From: an uncultured Acidobacteriota bacterium
GTDB taxonomy: Bacteria > Acidobacteriota > Blastocatellia > RBC074
Reading direction: 5' to 3'
DNA: 64,000 bases
NCBI GenBank assembly: GCA_963796275.1
Contig: CAWCKY010000006.1
Location: forward strand, 2,112,001 to 2,176,000
Below, in pieces: positions 30,730-42,661 of this stretch (positions within the stretch are counted from its first letter, which is position 1; each line of letters begins with the position of its first letter). The notes beneath the pieces are model-generated. The model was not told the DNA's origin, searched no databases, and saw only the letters and a program-made list of their open reading frames with translations. A program made the position numbers and the translations under genes.

Positions 30730-33135
30730 TTATTCGTACCGAAGCGAGATCATTGGGTCAACCTTCGTCGCCCGCTGCGCCGGAATCCAGCAGGCCAGCA
30801 GGGCAACTAAGATCAACAACAGAGCAATCGCCATGAACGTCAGCGGGTCTGTCGCGCTTACTCCGAACAACAGCTCGGTCATCAGGCGTGTCAAGCCAAT
30901 CGCTCCCGCCAGGCCGATGGCGACACCGGCCACCGTCAATTTCAGTCCTTGGGTCACGATCAGCCACAACACATCGCGCCTTTGTGCGCCCAGCGCCATG
31001 CGAATGCCGAATTCGCGTGTGCGTTGTGTAACGCTGTATGACATCACGCCGTAAATGCCGACCGCGGCCAGCAACAGCGCAACGGTTGCAAAGAGGCTGA
31101 ATAGCATGGCGATCAAACGCGGCTGCCAGACGGAGCGTGAGACTATCTCCTCCATCGTCAATACCTGCGTCAACGGAAGGCTGGGATCGAGTGCCTTGAG
31201 TTCGCGGCGCAAGGCGGCGGTCAGATCGGCAGAACTTATCGTGCTGCGCAACGCGAGTGTCAGATCGTCAAGTGTTATCTCGCTGTGTGGCAGGTAGACG
31301 CTCGATCGCCTTACCAAATCGAGCCGCTCCTGTTTCACGCCGGCCGCTACGCCGATGATGGTATGCCAGGGCTCGTTTTGTTCGGGTGGGCCAAAGCGAA
31401 CGCGCTTGCCGAGCGGGCTTTCATTCGGCCAGTATTCACGCGCCAGTCGCTCGTCGATGATGGTCACCTTCTGTGAATTGCGCGTGTCCCCGTCAGTGAA
31501 ATCGCGCCCCGCCCGCAGCGGGATGCCCATGGCGCGTAGATAATTGGGCGTGATTACATTGTGAAATATCATCGGCGCCTGCCCCACGGAAAGGACCGAA
31601 TGGCCTTCGACCGTCAGGCTTCTCCCCCACCAATTCTGCAAGGGCAGATTTGATGTTGCGCCCACAGCCTGTACGCCAGGCAACGCACCGGCGCGCTCGA
31701 GCAGTCGCTTGTAAAAGGCCTCAACCTTCTCCGGCGTGTCATAGCGCGCGCTCGGCAAGTCTACGCGGGCCGTCAGGAGGTGCTCCGGATTAAAGCCGGG
31801 ATCAATCCGTTGCAATTGTATGAAGCTGCGCATCATCAATCCCGCGCCGATCAGTAGCACCAGCGAGAGCGCCACTTCTGCCACTACAAGCAGACTGCGC
31901 AGGTTCTGGCGCCCGGCACCTGATCCGCTGCGGCCTCCTTCCTTGAGCGTTCCGTTGAGATCGACCTGCGACGCTTGCAACGCGGGAGCCATGCCGAAAG
32001 TCACGCTGGTGAGCAGCGTGACGGCCATCGTAAAGCAGATGACGCGCCAATCCAGGTTGAACTTCATCCAGAACGGGAAATCTATCGGTATCGCGGCGAG
32101 CACCAGATCCCGCCCCCACCACGCCAGCGCAAGGCCGAACCCACCACCCAATAGGCCGAGCAATAAACACTCGACCAGCATTTGTCGGATGAGCCGCGTA
32201 CGTCCAGCACCCAATGCCGCCCGTACAGCGGTCTCGAGCTGGCGGGTGCTCGCGCGTGCCGTCAGCAGGTTGGCCACATTAGCGCAGGCGATCAGCAATA
32301 CCATCCCGACTACACCGAGCAACAGCGGTAGCGATGTTTGATAATCGCTCGTCAGGGCTTCCCGCATCGCGGTCAGTCGCACGCCCATGCCTTCGTTAGT
32401 GATCGGGTTCTGTTCCTCGATACGGCGGGCGACGGCAGTCATATCGGCATTTGCTTGCTCCAGCGTGATGCCGGGTTTGAGCCGCGCCACCGCGCTCAGT
32501 CCGTGATCGTTGCGGGTCCACATCTGAGTATTGAGTGCCAGCGGCACCCATAGCTCCGCGTTGTCCGGGAACTTGAATTGCGGTGGCATGACGCCGATCA
32601 CCACACGCGCACGATTGTGAAGGTTGATCTTCTGGCCGATGATTTCAGGTTTTGCGCCGAAGCGTGTGGTCCAAAGACTGTAACCGAGAATGACGACGCC
32701 ATCTTGCCCCGGTTGATCTTCGGTGGCGGTGAAGCTACGCCCCAAGAGAGGCGGAATGCCCAAAATCTCAAACGTGTTAAAAGAGATTTGAGAACCCTGC
32801 AATTGCACCGGGTCGGTGCCGCCAGTCAACGTAAAGTCGTCTCCCCCATAGGCGGCAATGCCCGTAAAAACTCGATTTTGCTCGCGCCAATCAACAAAGT
32901 TGGGAAACGATACGCCAAACGAACCGCTGCGTTTTGATGAAAACTCGTCCAGCATCACCAATCGGGCGGCATCATCATAGGGTAACGGCCGCAACAAAAT
33001 TCCGTTGATGAAGCTGAAGATCGTACTGGTCGCGCCAATGCCGAGCGCCAGCGTCAACATGGTAATAAAAGTAAAGCCGGGGTTTCTCAGCATCAGCCGC
33101 CCACCGTACCGCATATCTTGCCAAAAGGTTTGCAT
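30730..33135 (-). CDS. ADOP-type duplicated MacB/FtsX ABC permease
   Basis: [64 protein letters not shown]. Confidence 0.93.
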   Translation of the reverse strand: MQTFWQDMRYGGRLMLRNPGFTFITMLTLALGIGATSTIFSFINGILLRPLPYDDAARLVMLDEFSSKRSGSFGVSFPNFVDWREQNRVFTGIAAYGGDDFTLTGGTDPVQLQGSQISFNTFEILGIPPLLGRSFTATEDQPGQDGVVILGYSLWTTRFGAKPEIIGQKINLHNRARVVIGVMPPQFKFPDNAELWVPLALNTQMWTRNDHGLSAVARLKPGITLEQANADMTAVARRIEEQNPITNEGMGVRLTAMREALTSDYQTSLPLLLGVVGMVLLIACANVANLLTARASTRQLETAVRAALGAGRTRLIRQMLVECLLLGLLGGGFGLALAWWGRDLVLAAIPIDFPFWMKFNLDWRVICFTMAVTLLTSVTFGMAPALQASQVDLNGTLKEGGRSGSGAGRQNLRSLLVVAEVALSLVLLIGAGLMMRSFIQLQRIDPGFNPEHLLTARVDLPSARYDTPEKVEAFYKRLLERAGALPGVQAVGATSNLPLQNWWGRSLTVEGHSVLSVGQAPMIFHNVITPNYLRAMGIPLRAGRDFTDGDTRNSQKVTIIDERLAREYWPNESPLGKRVRFGPPEQNEPWHTIIGVAAGVKQERLDLVRRSSVYLPHSEITLDDLTLALRSTISSADLTAALRRELKALDPSLPLTQVLTMEEIVSRSVWQPRLIAMLFSLFATVALLLAAVGIYGVMSYSVTQRTREFGIRMALGAQRRDVLWLIVTQGLKLTVAGVAIGLAGAIGLTRLMTELLFGVSATDPLTFMAIALLLILVALLACWIPAQRATKVDPMISLRYE

Positions 33136-33290
33136 AATCTCCCTCAAAATCGATTTCTTATTGCGTTTAACTTAAAAGTATCCGTAATAGCATCCTAACT
33201 GCGCATTTCTTTAACAATATGGGAAATTGGACGCATTCTCTGGCGCAGAGTTTTCTTGCGAACTGTAAAATAACGGCGTCGCAGCGGCAT

Positions 33291-35738
33291 CTATTCACAC
33301 CGCAATGCGATCATCGGGTCCACTTTTGTCGCTCGCCATGCCGGTATCCAGCATGCCGCCAACGCCACGAACGCCAGCAACAGTGCGATCGCGATAAACG
33401 TCAGCGGGTCGGTCGCGTCCACACCGAAAAGCAAACTCACCATCAAACGTGTCGCCGCAATCGCTGCCACCAACCCGAGGACGATACCGATTCCAGCCAA
33501 CGACATCCCCTGCCGTACGATCATCCGCAGCACGTCGCGCTTCTGGGCGCCCAGCGCGACGCGGATGCCGATCTCGCTCGTGCGTTGCGCCACTGTGTAA
33601 GACATCACGCCATAGATGCCCACGCTGGCCAGCAGCAGCGCGATTACGGCGAAGAGGCCGAGCATCAGCATGGCGAAGCGTCGCCGCGCCAGCGATTCCG
33701 AGAGCCAATGTTCCATCGTCTTTACATCGTAAAGCGGAAGGTTCGGATCCAGCGCCCGCGCTTCCCGCGTGACGGCGGCTGCCAGGCTCAGCGGGCCGGC
33801 GGTGGTGCGCACAGCAATGGACAACGAACCGGCGCCGCTCTGCAGGTGCGGCGTATAGAGAGCGACGCGTGAATCGGTCTCCAGCGCGTACTGCTTGACG
33901 TTCCCCACCACACCGACGACGGTCATCCATGGCGCGGTTGAATCGGCACCGCCATACTTCAACCGCTTGCCGATGGGGTCAACGTTGGGCCAGTACGTGC
34001 GTGCCATGTTCTCGTCAACGATCACGACACGCGCCGACTCTTTCGTATCCTGCCCGGTGAAGAACCGCCCGCTGATGAGCGGGATCTTCATCGTATCGAA
34101 ATAATCAGCGCTGGCGGTGCGCAGATCGGATTGGATCATCCCCTGACCCGAAGACGCGTCATATCCTTCAATCGTGATACTGCCCCAGCCGACGCCGCCA
34201 AGCGGTAAAACACTAACACCACCGGCCGCTTCGACACCCGGCAATCGTCGGACGCGCTCCCAAAATTGCTGGTAAAAATTCATGCGGCGAGGTTCATCCG
34301 AGTAAGCAGGGCCGATCAGAACCAGCCGCATCGTGAGAAGGTTTCGGGACGCGAAGCCGGGATCGACCTGCTGCACGCGGATGAAGCTGCGGATCAACAG
34401 GCCCGCGCCGATCAATAAAACCAGAGACAAAGCGATTTCGGTCACGACCAGCAAATTCCGCAAACGATGATGACCGCCGATCAGGCTGCGCCCGCCTTCT
34501 TTGAGAGTCTCGCTCAAATTCACCCGCGAACTGCGGAGCGCCGGAGCCAGTCCGAATAAAATGCCCGTCAGCACGGCGACGGCAGTGGTGAACGCCAACA
34601 CACGATCGTCTATGCCGATGGAGGCCAGGCGCGGGATGTCGCCCGGATTGAGCCAGCGCAACAGCCCTAATCCCCAAACCGCCAGCAGCAGGCCGAACGC
34701 GCCGCCTATCAACGAGAGCAGCGTGCTTTCGGTCAACAGCTGCCGCATCACGCGCCAGCGGCCCGCACCGAGCGCCGTGCGGATCGCCATCTCTCTTTCA
34801 CGCGTCGCCGCGCGCGCAAGCAGCAGGTTGGCCACGTTGGCGCAGGCGATCAATAACACACAGCCTACCGCACAGAGCAGAATGTAGAGCGCCAGCCGAA
34901 CATCGCCTACCACCTGTTCCAGCAGCGGGCGGATGCTGTAACTGAAGCGGCGGTTCTGCGGATAGCTATTGGGGAATTGTTGTTCCAAACGGCGGACGGC
35001 CAGATTCATTTCGGTCTGCGCCTGGGCGAAGGTCGCGCCCGGTTTCAATCGCGCCAGAACGTTGTAATTCTCGTCGCCGTGGTTGGTCATCTGCTTTGGG
35101 CTAAGCGGTAAGGGGAGCAACAACTCCGCCTGCGTCACCGCGCCCACCGTCGGCATGACATCGTGGCCGAGGGAAAAATCGGGCGGCATCACGCCTACGA
35201 CGAGGTGGTCGCGACTGTTTATCGTGAGCGTCTGGCCCAACGCCTTCGGATCGCCGCCGAACCGGCGCTGCCAGAGGGAATAACTGAGGATCACGGTCGG
35301 CGTTTTATCTTGCGCATCTTCTTCGGGCAGGAAGACGCGTCCCAGCATCGCCTGCGCGCCGAGCAGTGAAAATACGGCGGAAGAAGCGCGCACCGCGCCC
35401 AACCGCTCGGGTTCAGCTCCGCCCGTCAGAATGACATTGCCCCCGTGAGCCAGGGCAAGTTGTTCGAAGACGCTGTTTTCGGATTTGAGCGCGGAGAACT
35501 GTCCCGGCGAGGGCCAATCGAGCGCGACGTTCGCGCCTGGTGAATGCGTCCAGATGAGCGCCAGCCGCTCGGAATTTCGGTAGGGCAGGGGATTGAGCAA
35601 TAGTCCGTTGACGATGCTGAAGATCGCGGTATTCGCACCGATGCCCAGCGCCAGCGCGATGATGGCTATCAAGGTGAAACCGGGATATTTGAACAACATG
35701 CGCGCGCCGAAGCGCAGGTCTTGCCATAAGGTCTGCAT
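33291..35738 (-). CDS. ADOP-type duplicated MacB/FtsX ABC permease
   Basis: Same motif set; [11 protein letters not shown] start with AGGAGAG RBS. Confidence 0.93.
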   Translation of the reverse strand: MQTLWQDLRFGARMLFKYPGFTLIAIIALALGIGANTAIFSIVNGLLLNPLPYRNSERLALIWTHSPGANVALDWPSPGQFSALKSENSVFEQLALAHGGNVILTGGAEPERLGAVRASSAVFSLLGAQAMLGRVFLPEEDAQDKTPTVILSYSLWQRRFGGDPKALGQTLTINSRDHLVVGVMPPDFSLGHDVMPTVGAVTQAELLLPLPLSPKQMTNHGDENYNVLARLKPGATFAQAQTEMNLAVRRLEQQFPNSYPQNRRFSYSIRPLLEQVVGDVRLALYILLCAVGCVLLIACANVANLLLARAATREREMAIRTALGAGRWRVMRQLLTESTLLSLIGGAFGLLLAVWGLGLLRWLNPGDIPRLASIGIDDRVLAFTTAVAVLTGILFGLAPALRSSRVNLSETLKEGGRSLIGGHHRLRNLLVVTEIALSLVLLIGAGLLIRSFIRVQQVDPGFASRNLLTMRLVLIGPAYSDEPRRMNFYQQFWERVRRLPGVEAAGGVSVLPLGGVGWGSITIEGYDASSGQGMIQSDLRTASADYFDTMKIPLISGRFFTGQDTKESARVVIVDENMARTYWPNVDPIGKRLKYGGADSTAPWMTVVGVVGNVKQYALETDSRVALYTPHLQSGAGSLSIAVRTTAGPLSLAAAVTREARALDPNLPLYDVKTMEHWLSESLARRRFAMLMLGLFAVIALLLASVGIYGVMSYTVAQRTSEIGIRVALGAQKRDVLRMIVRQGMSLAGIGIVLGLVAAIAATRLMVSLLFGVDATDPLTFIAIALLLAFVALAACWIPAWRATKVDPMIALRCE

Positions 35739-35751
35739 TCGCACTCTCCTT

Positions 35752-38172
35752 TCAGTCACATCTCAGCGCGACCATCGGATCCACCTTCGTCGCTCGCCGC
35801 GCCGGAATCCAGCAGGCGATCAAGGCTACCATCAATAACGCAAAGGCGATCACGCTGAAGGTCATCGCATCTGCCGGATGCACGCCGAACAGCATACTTT
35901 CCAGCAAACGTGTCAAAGCAAGCGCCGCCACCAGGCCCAATCCGATCCCGATCAGCGCCAGCATCAAGCCCTGCTTGAGAATCAGCGCCAGCACATCACG
36001 AGTCTGTGCACCCAAGGCAATCCGAATGCCGAGTTCGTGCGTGCGTTGCCTGACCGCATACGAGATCACGCCGTAGATGCCGATCGCCGCCAGCAACAAT
36101 GCGAGCGCCGCAAAGCTCGCCAGCAAGACCAGCGTCAGTCTGCGCTGCGCCAGCGAATAGCCGAGCAATTGATCCATCGTAAAGATCGAATAGACCGGTA
36201 TGTCACGGTCGATCGCACGAATCGCCTCTTCGACCGCGGTCGCGATCGCGGCCGCATCGCGTTCGGCGCGCACGGCCAGTCCCAAATATTCATAGGGCAT
36301 CTGCGAATAGAGCAGGTACATCTGCATCGGAGTGGCGCGGTCTACGCCGTCCATCTTGACGTCATTCACGACGCCGATCACCTCCCGCCAGGGCTCATCG
36401 CCTTCGGGAAGGTCTGGTTTGATGCGCTTGCCGATGGGGTCATCGTTCGGCCAAATGCGGCGTGCCAGCGCTTCGTTGATCACTGTAACCGGCGCGGATT
36501 CCGGCGTGTCGGCGGGGCTGAACAATCGTCCGCGCAGCAGTCGCATGCCCATCGTCTCGAAGTAATTCGGACTCACACGGATGCGATCCGATTCCGGCAT
36601 ATCGGCGCGCGAGGGGACCGGTTTGTCGGCGGCCATAAAAACTCCACCCCAATTCGAGCCGTTTATCGGAAACGAGCGCGTCAGTGCGGCGGAACGTACG
36701 CCCGGCAAGGCGTTTATCCGGGCCAGACCTTCGTCATAAAAAACGCGCATTGTTTGTGGATTGTATTTTCCCTCCGGCAGATTCAGCTCCATCGTCAACA
36801 GGTTGTCGGCATCGAAGCCGAGATCGACGTGCAGCAGGTTGAACATCGATCGGACCAGCAATCCTGCGCCCACCAGCAACACGAGCGACAAGCCGACTTC
36901 GGCAATCACCAGGGCTTTGCGCGTCCCTTCGCGCGCCGCCCCCGTCGTCAGACGTCCGCCGTCTTTCAGCGAGGTCTGTAAATCGGTATTCGAGGCTTGT
37001 AAGGCAGGCAGCAGCCCGCACAACAGACTGGTCAGCGCGGCGACGCCGATCGTGAAGAGCAGCACGGCGTTATCCAATCCGACGCGGCTGAGTTGTGGAA
37101 TCTGGGGCGGTGCCAATTCCAACAAGCCATCCAACATCCAACGCCCTATCAACAATCCGCACGCGCCGCCCAACCCGGCGATCAACAGGCTTTCGCTGAG
37201 CAACTGGCGGACGATGCGCCAGCGCCCCGCGCCCAATGCCATGCGCACCGCGAGTTCTTTCTGCCGCTCAGCCGCGCGCACCAGCAACAGATTGGCGACG
37301 TTAATGCAGGCGATCAGCAGGATAAAACCGACTGCGCCGAGTAGGACCCACAGAGATTGGCGCACGCTCTCCGACATCACATCCTGCAACCGCTCGACCT
37401 GAGCGCTCCTGCCTTCATTGACGTTTGGATATTCGCGCGCCAGTTGTTGACCGATCGCACCCATTTCGCTGTTCGCCTGCTCCACAGTCACGCCGGGCTT
37501 CAAACGCGCTACAGCATAGAAGTCAAAGGCATGGTTCCCACGACCTGCGTGGGCGGAATCTGGCGAGAGAACGAGACCCAGCGGGGTGTACACATCCGCC
37601 GCTTCGAAGTATTCGAAACTAGGCGGCAGCACACCTATTACCGTGTATATCTCGTCGGTCAGCCGCAGGGTTTTCCCGATGACATCCGCCCCACCGCCCA
37701 GACGTCCTTGCCAGAAGCCGTGACTGACAATGACCGTACGCGCGGCGCCATAGCGATCGTCGGCTTCGGTGAACATGCGGCCGCGTTGCGGGTTGATGCC
37801 GAGCAAGGGAAAGAAATTCCAGTTGACCGTGTATCCAAGAACACGCTCTGATCTGTCTCCGCCCGTCAGAGTAAAAGATTGCAACCATCCCACCGCCATT
37901 CCTTCAAACGATTGCGCACGCGCCCTCCAATCAGCATAGTTCGGGTGCGACGCTGACTGTCGCTCGCCCGCCGGCAATTTTTCCGACAACAGCACCAGCC
38001 GCTCCGATTCGATATACGGCAGCGGACGTAGCAGCAGCGCGTGCACCACACTGAAGATGGCCGTGTTCGCGCCGATGCCCAATGCCAGCGTCAGTATGGC
38101 AATCAAAGTGAATCCAGGTCGCTTCCATAATATTCGCGAACCGTAGCGCAGGTCTTGCCATAGATTATTCAT
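35752..38172 (-). CDS. ADOP-type duplicated MacB/FtsX ABC permease
   Basis: Same motif set; [11 protein letters not shown] start. Confidence 0.93.
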   Translation of the reverse strand: MNNLWQDLRYGSRILWKRPGFTLIAILTLALGIGANTAIFSVVHALLLRPLPYIESERLVLLSEKLPAGERQSASHPNYADWRARAQSFEGMAVGWLQSFTLTGGDRSERVLGYTVNWNFFPLLGINPQRGRMFTEADDRYGAARTVIVSHGFWQGRLGGGADVIGKTLRLTDEIYTVIGVLPPSFEYFEAADVYTPLGLVLSPDSAHAGRGNHAFDFYAVARLKPGVTVEQANSEMGAIGQQLAREYPNVNEGRSAQVERLQDVMSESVRQSLWVLLGAVGFILLIACINVANLLLVRAAERQKELAVRMALGAGRWRIVRQLLSESLLIAGLGGACGLLIGRWMLDGLLELAPPQIPQLSRVGLDNAVLLFTIGVAALTSLLCGLLPALQASNTDLQTSLKDGGRLTTGAAREGTRKALVIAEVGLSLVLLVGAGLLVRSMFNLLHVDLGFDADNLLTMELNLPEGKYNPQTMRVFYDEGLARINALPGVRSAALTRSFPINGSNWGGVFMAADKPVPSRADMPESDRIRVSPNYFETMGMRLLRGRLFSPADTPESAPVTVINEALARRIWPNDDPIGKRIKPDLPEGDEPWREVIGVVNDVKMDGVDRATPMQMYLLYSQMPYEYLGLAVRAERDAAAIATAVEEAIRAIDRDIPVYSIFTMDQLLGYSLAQRRLTLVLLASFAALALLLAAIGIYGVISYAVRQRTHELGIRIALGAQTRDVLALILKQGLMLALIGIGLGLVAALALTRLLESMLFGVHPADAMTFSVIAFALLMVALIACWIPARRATKVDPMVALRCD

Positions 38173-38364
38173 ACACATTGAATAATCAAACGCTGAGCCA
38201 GTATTGGAGCAAAGCTAAATGGCTGAATTGCTTGGGTTAGAGAGAGGGGCTGGGGGCTCTGACTCTTATGTCGTGCGATTTTGGGACTACTCCGTCCCGG
38301 AAGCGGGAAATTGGGGACAGCAAACTGCATCATCCAAAGTGCAGTCGAATGTCGCCTGCGACAA

Positions 38365-38730
38365 CTACTTCGTTGGCAGCCCTGGGATCTCCATAACTGG
38401 CCGAATTTCAACGGCGCCTACTCTTGCCCCTGGAATCCGTGCGGCTATGCTCATCGCTTCTTCGATATCTTTCGCATCAATAAGGAAGTAGCCACCCAGC
38501 TGTTCACGCGTCTCCGCGAATGGACCGTCGGTTACAAGCCGATTGCCTGCGCGCACGCGGACGGTCGTTGCCGTCGACGTTGGTTGCAATCGGGCGGCGG
38601 ACAAGTATTGCCCGCCCAAGTTGATCTCATTCGCAAGTTTTACGGACTCCTTAACCATCTGCTGGCGTTCGTCTTCAGCTACCTTTTCCCAGATATGCTG
38701 GTCAATGTAAATTAGCAACAAATATCTCAT
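38365..38730 (-). CDS. YciI/DGPF domain protein
   Basis: MRYLLLIY, VTDGPFAETREQLGGYFLID, VEIRPV. Confidence 0.92.
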   Translation of the reverse strand: MRYLLLIYIDQHIWEKVAEDERQQMVKESVKLANEINLGGQYLSAARLQPTSTATTVRVRAGNRLVTDGPFAETREQLGGYFLIDAKDIEEAMSIAARIPGARVGAVEIRPVMEIPGLPTK

Positions 38731-38766
38731 CTTTTAATCTCTAATCAGTAAGTTGAGCGGGTATGC

Positions 38767-39243
38767 CTACTCTATATAACGCGCCAGCTTCTCAAGTGAT
38801 GACCGTGTGCCGGCGTCATTATCCTCGGGTTTGATGCCTGGCGGTATGTTCTCAAATACGATGGTCACTTCTGTTCCGCCGTCTTTATCCTCAAAGGTGG
38901 CAACCATGGTAATCTCACCGGAGAAGGCTGGATCCATCGTGTCAAAGGTAATCGCCTGGACGATTCTGGTCGAGGGCGTGAGCTCCACGAATCGTGACGT
39001 GAATCGGTCTTCAAGCTCCGAAGTTTTGCCGCGGTAATGTTGTTCTGATGAGGGATAGAAAAGCGACATCCGATACCCTCCACCCACGCGAGCGTCGAAT
39101 TCGTGGACCTTTCCGGTCATCTCATCAGGCGAAAGCCAGACAGCCAGAGCAGCAGGATCGGTAAACGCTCGATAAAGAGCTGCCCGCGAGGCCTTGATGA
39201 CTCTCGAAGTCCGCGTGCTGGAAGCTGAGTTCACTTCTGCCAT
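38767..39243 (-). CDS. SRPBCC/AHSA1-like protein
   Basis: SRVIKA....YRAFTDP.AL..W, DARVGGGYRMS, IPPGI.PEDN..G..SSLEKLA. Confidence 0.88.
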   Translation of the reverse strand: MAEVNSASSTRTSRVIKASRAALYRAFTDPAALAVWLSPDEMTGKVHEFDARVGGGYRMSLFYPSSEQHYRGKTSELEDRFTSRFVELTPSTRIVQAITFDTMDPAFSGEITMVATFEDKDGGTEVTIVFENIPPGIKPEDNDAGTRSSLEKLARYIE

Positions 39244-39296
39244 CAATCTATCCTTCAGAATACTTTCAGAAATACTTTCGCGCGATCTGGAGATGT

Positions 39297-41147
39297 TCAA
39301 CGGCTCGCGAGGGACAGCCGGAACGCGGCCATCTCCTCGCCGTTGCGAACGAGTACGAGGTCGCCGATCAGCACCGGATGGTTCCAGGTCTTTCCCTCTA
39401 TCGCTTTGAATCGTGCGATCTCCGTGAACTGATCGGGTGTCGCACTGACCAGCGCCAGCTCACCATCCTCCGACAGCACCAGCATAACGTCCTGGTCGGG
39501 TAACAGAATAATCTGGCCGTGTCCATATCGTCCGCCTTTCCACTTGCGCTTGCCGTCCGTGAGATCGATGCACGCCAGGATGCTGCCGTCGAAGCCGAAT
39601 GCGTGCCCCTTGTGAACGACGAAATCGTTGTAGTAAGGCTTCAGCCCATTCGAAGTCCAGCGCTCCTCGACGCTCCATCCATCGGCTCCGCGCGCAATAG
39701 CGATGCGACGCATGCCGACCTCGACGCCGAATCCAGAGCCGCTGCCGATCAGGATGTCGCGGCCCGCGATCACGGCCGGCTGCACGATCCCGTCGCTCTT
39801 CCACGCGTGCTTCCAGAGTAACTTACCGTCATCCGGGGCGACGCCGATCGCGCCTTCTCCATTCAGCAGCAGGACCTGCGCGACTCCGTCGATAGTTGAG
39901 AGATGCGGCGAGCTGTAACCCCCGCCGCCGGTCGGTCCAAACCATCGCGGGTTGCCGGTGGCGACGTCATAGGCCGCGAGGTCACCTGCGGCGGCGACGA
40001 TGACGACGTCGCCGACCACCAGCGGTGAGCTCGCAAAGCCCCAACTCGGGATTTTCGTCTTGGTGTCCGACGCCGCGTTGCGCGACCAGACGACGGAACC
40101 GTTGCGGGCGTCGAGCGCGTTCAGGATTCCCGTCGCGCCGAATGTGTGGACGCGACCATTGCTGAGGGTAGGCGTGGCGCGCGGACCGGCGCCGGCATTA
40201 GACTCCCAGAACCGGGCCGGGTCGCGGTGTCTCCATACCGGGTCGCCGGTGGTCAGGTTATAGCAGGAGACGATCTCCTCCTCGCCGCGCTGCTCCTGGG
40301 TGTAGAGGAGATTCCCGCGGACAGCGAACGACGACCAGCCCGGTCCTATCGTCCGGCGCCATAGCTCGACCGGCGGCGACTTCGACCAGTCGGTCTCGAC
40401 CCGCACACCGCGAATGATGTCGTTGCGCTCAGGCCCGCGAAAGCCGGGCCAATCGACGCGCGGTCTCGCTGCTGCCGGATCGGCGGGGAGCGGGGTCGAT
40501 TTTTCATTGCTGACTGTCGCGAGGTCGCGCTTGGCCGGGGTCTCGGCGGCTGCTGTAACCGGCGTGGGACTCGGAGTGGCGATGGGCGCCGGCGGTTCGT
40601 CGGTGGCCTGGGCCAGGAGTCGCTCCTCGGGAGTCTTCGTCCACCGCCAGTGTAGATCAGAATCTCCTTCGCCGGTCATGCCGCCGGTCCGTATAAACGC
40701 CAACAATCCGCACGAGAGCAGGATGGCAGATGCTATCGAAGCCCGTCGCAGTTTGCTCGAGAGGCGAAGGCTCGCCACCGCCGATGCTACCAACGCGATG
40801 CTAAGGATCGGGATGGCGAATATGGGAAGCATCATCCCCATCATGCCGTTCGCAATCGACGCGTGAACGATGTGGGATGTCGCGTACAGCGCGATTACTA
40901 TCAGAACGATGGCGCCCAGCCGCTCGGACCAGGGTGCACGGCTGAAGAAAAGCCACCAGACGAGAACGATCAACCCGCCTGCCAGTCCGCCAATTATAAT
41001 ATTTGCATTGGAAAAGATGAGGGGGGCGACAAACATCGCCAACAACTGTAGCGTCACGGCGAGCACGCCGGGCCAAACCCGCAACAGCTTCTGAGAACCA
41101 GGGGGATCGGTCTGATTTATAGCTATGCCTATTATGCTGATAATCAT
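39297..41147 (-). CDS. Membrane-anchored PQQ-like beta-propeller protein
   Basis: About five N-terminal TM helices, Pro/Ala linker, DWPGFRGP.R, IGPGWSS, GPRATPT, GKTWNHP. Confidence 0.88.
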   Translation of the reverse strand: MIISIIGIAINQTDPPGSQKLLRVWPGVLAVTLQLLAMFVAPLIFSNANIIIGGLAGGLIVLVWWLFFSRAPWSERLGAIVLIVIALYATSHIVHASIANGMMGMMLPIFAIPILSIALVASAVASLRLSSKLRRASIASAILLSCGLLAFIRTGGMTGEGDSDLHWRWTKTPEERLLAQATDEPPAPIATPSPTPVTAAAETPAKRDLATVSNEKSTPLPADPAAARPRVDWPGFRGPERNDIIRGVRVETDWSKSPPVELWRRTIGPGWSSFAVRGNLLYTQEQRGEEEIVSCYNLTTGDPVWRHRDPARFWESNAGAGPRATPTLSNGRVHTFGATGILNALDARNGSVVWSRNAASDTKTKIPSWGFASSPLVVGDVVIVAAAGDLAAYDVATGNPRWFGPTGGGGYSSPHLSTIDGVAQVLLLNGEGAIGVAPDDGKLLWKHAWKSDGIVQPAVIAGRDILIGSGSGFGVEVGMRRIAIARGADGWSVEERWTSNGLKPYYNDFVVHKGHAFGFDGSILACIDLTDGKRKWKGGRYGHGQIILLPDQDVMLVLSEDGELALVSATPDQFTEIARFKAIEGKTWNHPVLIGDLVLVRNGEEMAAFRLSLASR

Positions 41148-41290
41148 ACCGATCTATACTCTACCAATAACCCTTTTGTTCCCAAGTTTGTCGGCGGCGC
41201 CCCCCATTTCAAAGATGGTCATAACTCATCGAATCTTAAATTAGAGGAGTGTGCAAATTAAAGCTGGTTATTATCAACAGTTTTCTGATT

Positions 41291-41440
41291 GGCTCCGGAG
41301 GAGCCCGATGTATATAGCCTTCGATTACCCAAGTCTCACAAGCTGCAGAGGAGCGACATACAGGCATTCATATGTCGCTCCTCCAGAGTTTATGAGATGT
41401 GGGAAAACGAGATATATAGATATCCCGCGCCTCTGGCGCT
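41291..41440. repeat. Nested REP-like palindromic element
   Basis: 13-bp perfect IR GAGGAGCGACATA (41348-41360) / TATGTCGCTCCTC (41371-41383), enclosed by degenerate outer arms; a related half-copy lies at 49621-49690. Confidence 0.6.
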
Positions 41441-41523
41441 CAGGAACAATAACATTGATTCACTGATCTTATTGCACACTCTTCAACTAATAATCGATGA
41501 ATCAAGGTGCGTTTGATATCCCC

Positions 41524-42000
41524 TCAGGCGATATTGCCACAGGCAGTCTCGGCCCGTTTATTTATCTCTTCCGGAGTCAAATCTTCTATATGCGTGGCGA
41601 ATGACCATTGATGTCCGAACGGGTCTGCCACAACACCATAGCGATCGCCCCAGAACATATCCGTCAACGGCATCTTCACCTGGGCGCCGGCAGCCACGGC
41701 TTGATTGAAAAATGCATCGACGTCTTCTACATAGAGGTGCATCGTGACCGGAGATCCGCCGGTACTTAGCGGCCCGAGACAACCCATACCCGGAACTTCA
41801 TCCGCGAGAAAGAGACGCGAGTCTCCGATGACGAGTTCCGCGTGCAAAACGGATTTGCCATCCGGCCCGGTTAAGCGGCTGGTTTCTCGAGCCTTGAACG
41901 CTTTTCGATAAAATTCGATAGCTTGATTCGCACCTTTCACTATCAGATGAGGGGTTATCGTATGGTAGCCCTCGGGGATTGCAGTTGGTTGATTCTTCAT
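41524..42000 (-). CDS. VOC/glyoxalase family protein (PhnB-like)
   Basis: IPEGYHTITPHL, AIEFYRKAF, HAELVIGDS, DMFWGDRYG...DPFGHQW. Confidence 0.92.
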   Translation of the reverse strand: MKNQPTAIPEGYHTITPHLIVKGANQAIEFYRKAFKARETSRLTGPDGKSVLHAELVIGDSRLFLADEVPGMGCLGPLSTGGSPVTMHLYVEDVDAFFNQAVAAGAQVKMPLTDMFWGDRYGVVADPFGHQWSFATHIEDLTPEEINKRAETACGNIA

Positions 42001-42122
42001 GTTTTGTTTCCTTTCACAGAGTTGTTGTTATTTCAGCAGTTATTGCAGGTCGAATCGATCGAAAGCATTATCGTGAAACGGCTCGTTTTCATTGAATCAT
42101 CGCCGCACCACAGTTAGCGCGC

Positions 42123-42572
42123 TTAAACCGCGGCTGAAAGTCGAGTACTGGGAGCTTCGTTCCGACGTCCCGCAGCTTTGCGGTACGTCGCCGCCCGCCC
42201 ACGGCCGTAAGCGATAGCAGCCGCGAGTATCCCGACTGTTGCAGGTATCCCCGCAAACGCGGTCCCACCGCCGATCAAGGTGATCGCTGTCGCTCCGATC
42301 ATGATGATGACCAATCCCACGGCGGCCAGCGGCGTCAAGACCGGTCGTATGCGCAATAGCCACGGCAGGATCAAGCCGATCGCGCCGAGCGCCTCGGCCA
42401 CGCCGATAAATCGCACGAACAATCCCGGCAGCGCCACCGGCCCTTGGAGCGACTCGAGGGGCAGGACGAGCTTTATTCCACCGGCCCAGAGAAAGAGCAG
42501 CGCAAGCGACCATTGAATGGTCCAAAGGGCATAATTCTTTATTCTGGTTTCTTTGTATTGATTTGAGTTCAT
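42123..42572 (-). CDS. DoxX family membrane protein
   Basis: ALWTIQ..LALLF..AG..KL, RFIGVAE.LGA.GLILP, LTPLAA.GL..IM.GA; AGGAG RBS. Confidence 0.88.
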   Translation of the reverse strand: MNSNQYKETRIKNYALWTIQWSLALLFLWAGGIKLVLPLESLQGPVALPGLFVRFIGVAEALGAIGLILPWLLRIRPVLTPLAAVGLVIIMIGATAITLIGGGTAFAGIPATVGILAAAIAYGRGRAATYRKAAGRRNEAPSTRLSAAV

Positions 42573-42634
42573 TGTCTTATCTCCTGTTGGTTCTAGCGAA
42601 AAGTTTAGATTGATCATCTTGTTTCCGTCAGTTA

Positions 42635-42661
42635 ATCGAATGGCAGGCGGCCTAATCGACA
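42635..42661 (-). promoter_or_regulatory. ECF42-like promoter TGTCGA-N17-CGAT
   Basis: Minus strand reads TGTCGAttaggccgcctgccattCGAT, about 63 nt upstream of doxX and heading a cluster that ends in a DGPF gene. Confidence 0.5.
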
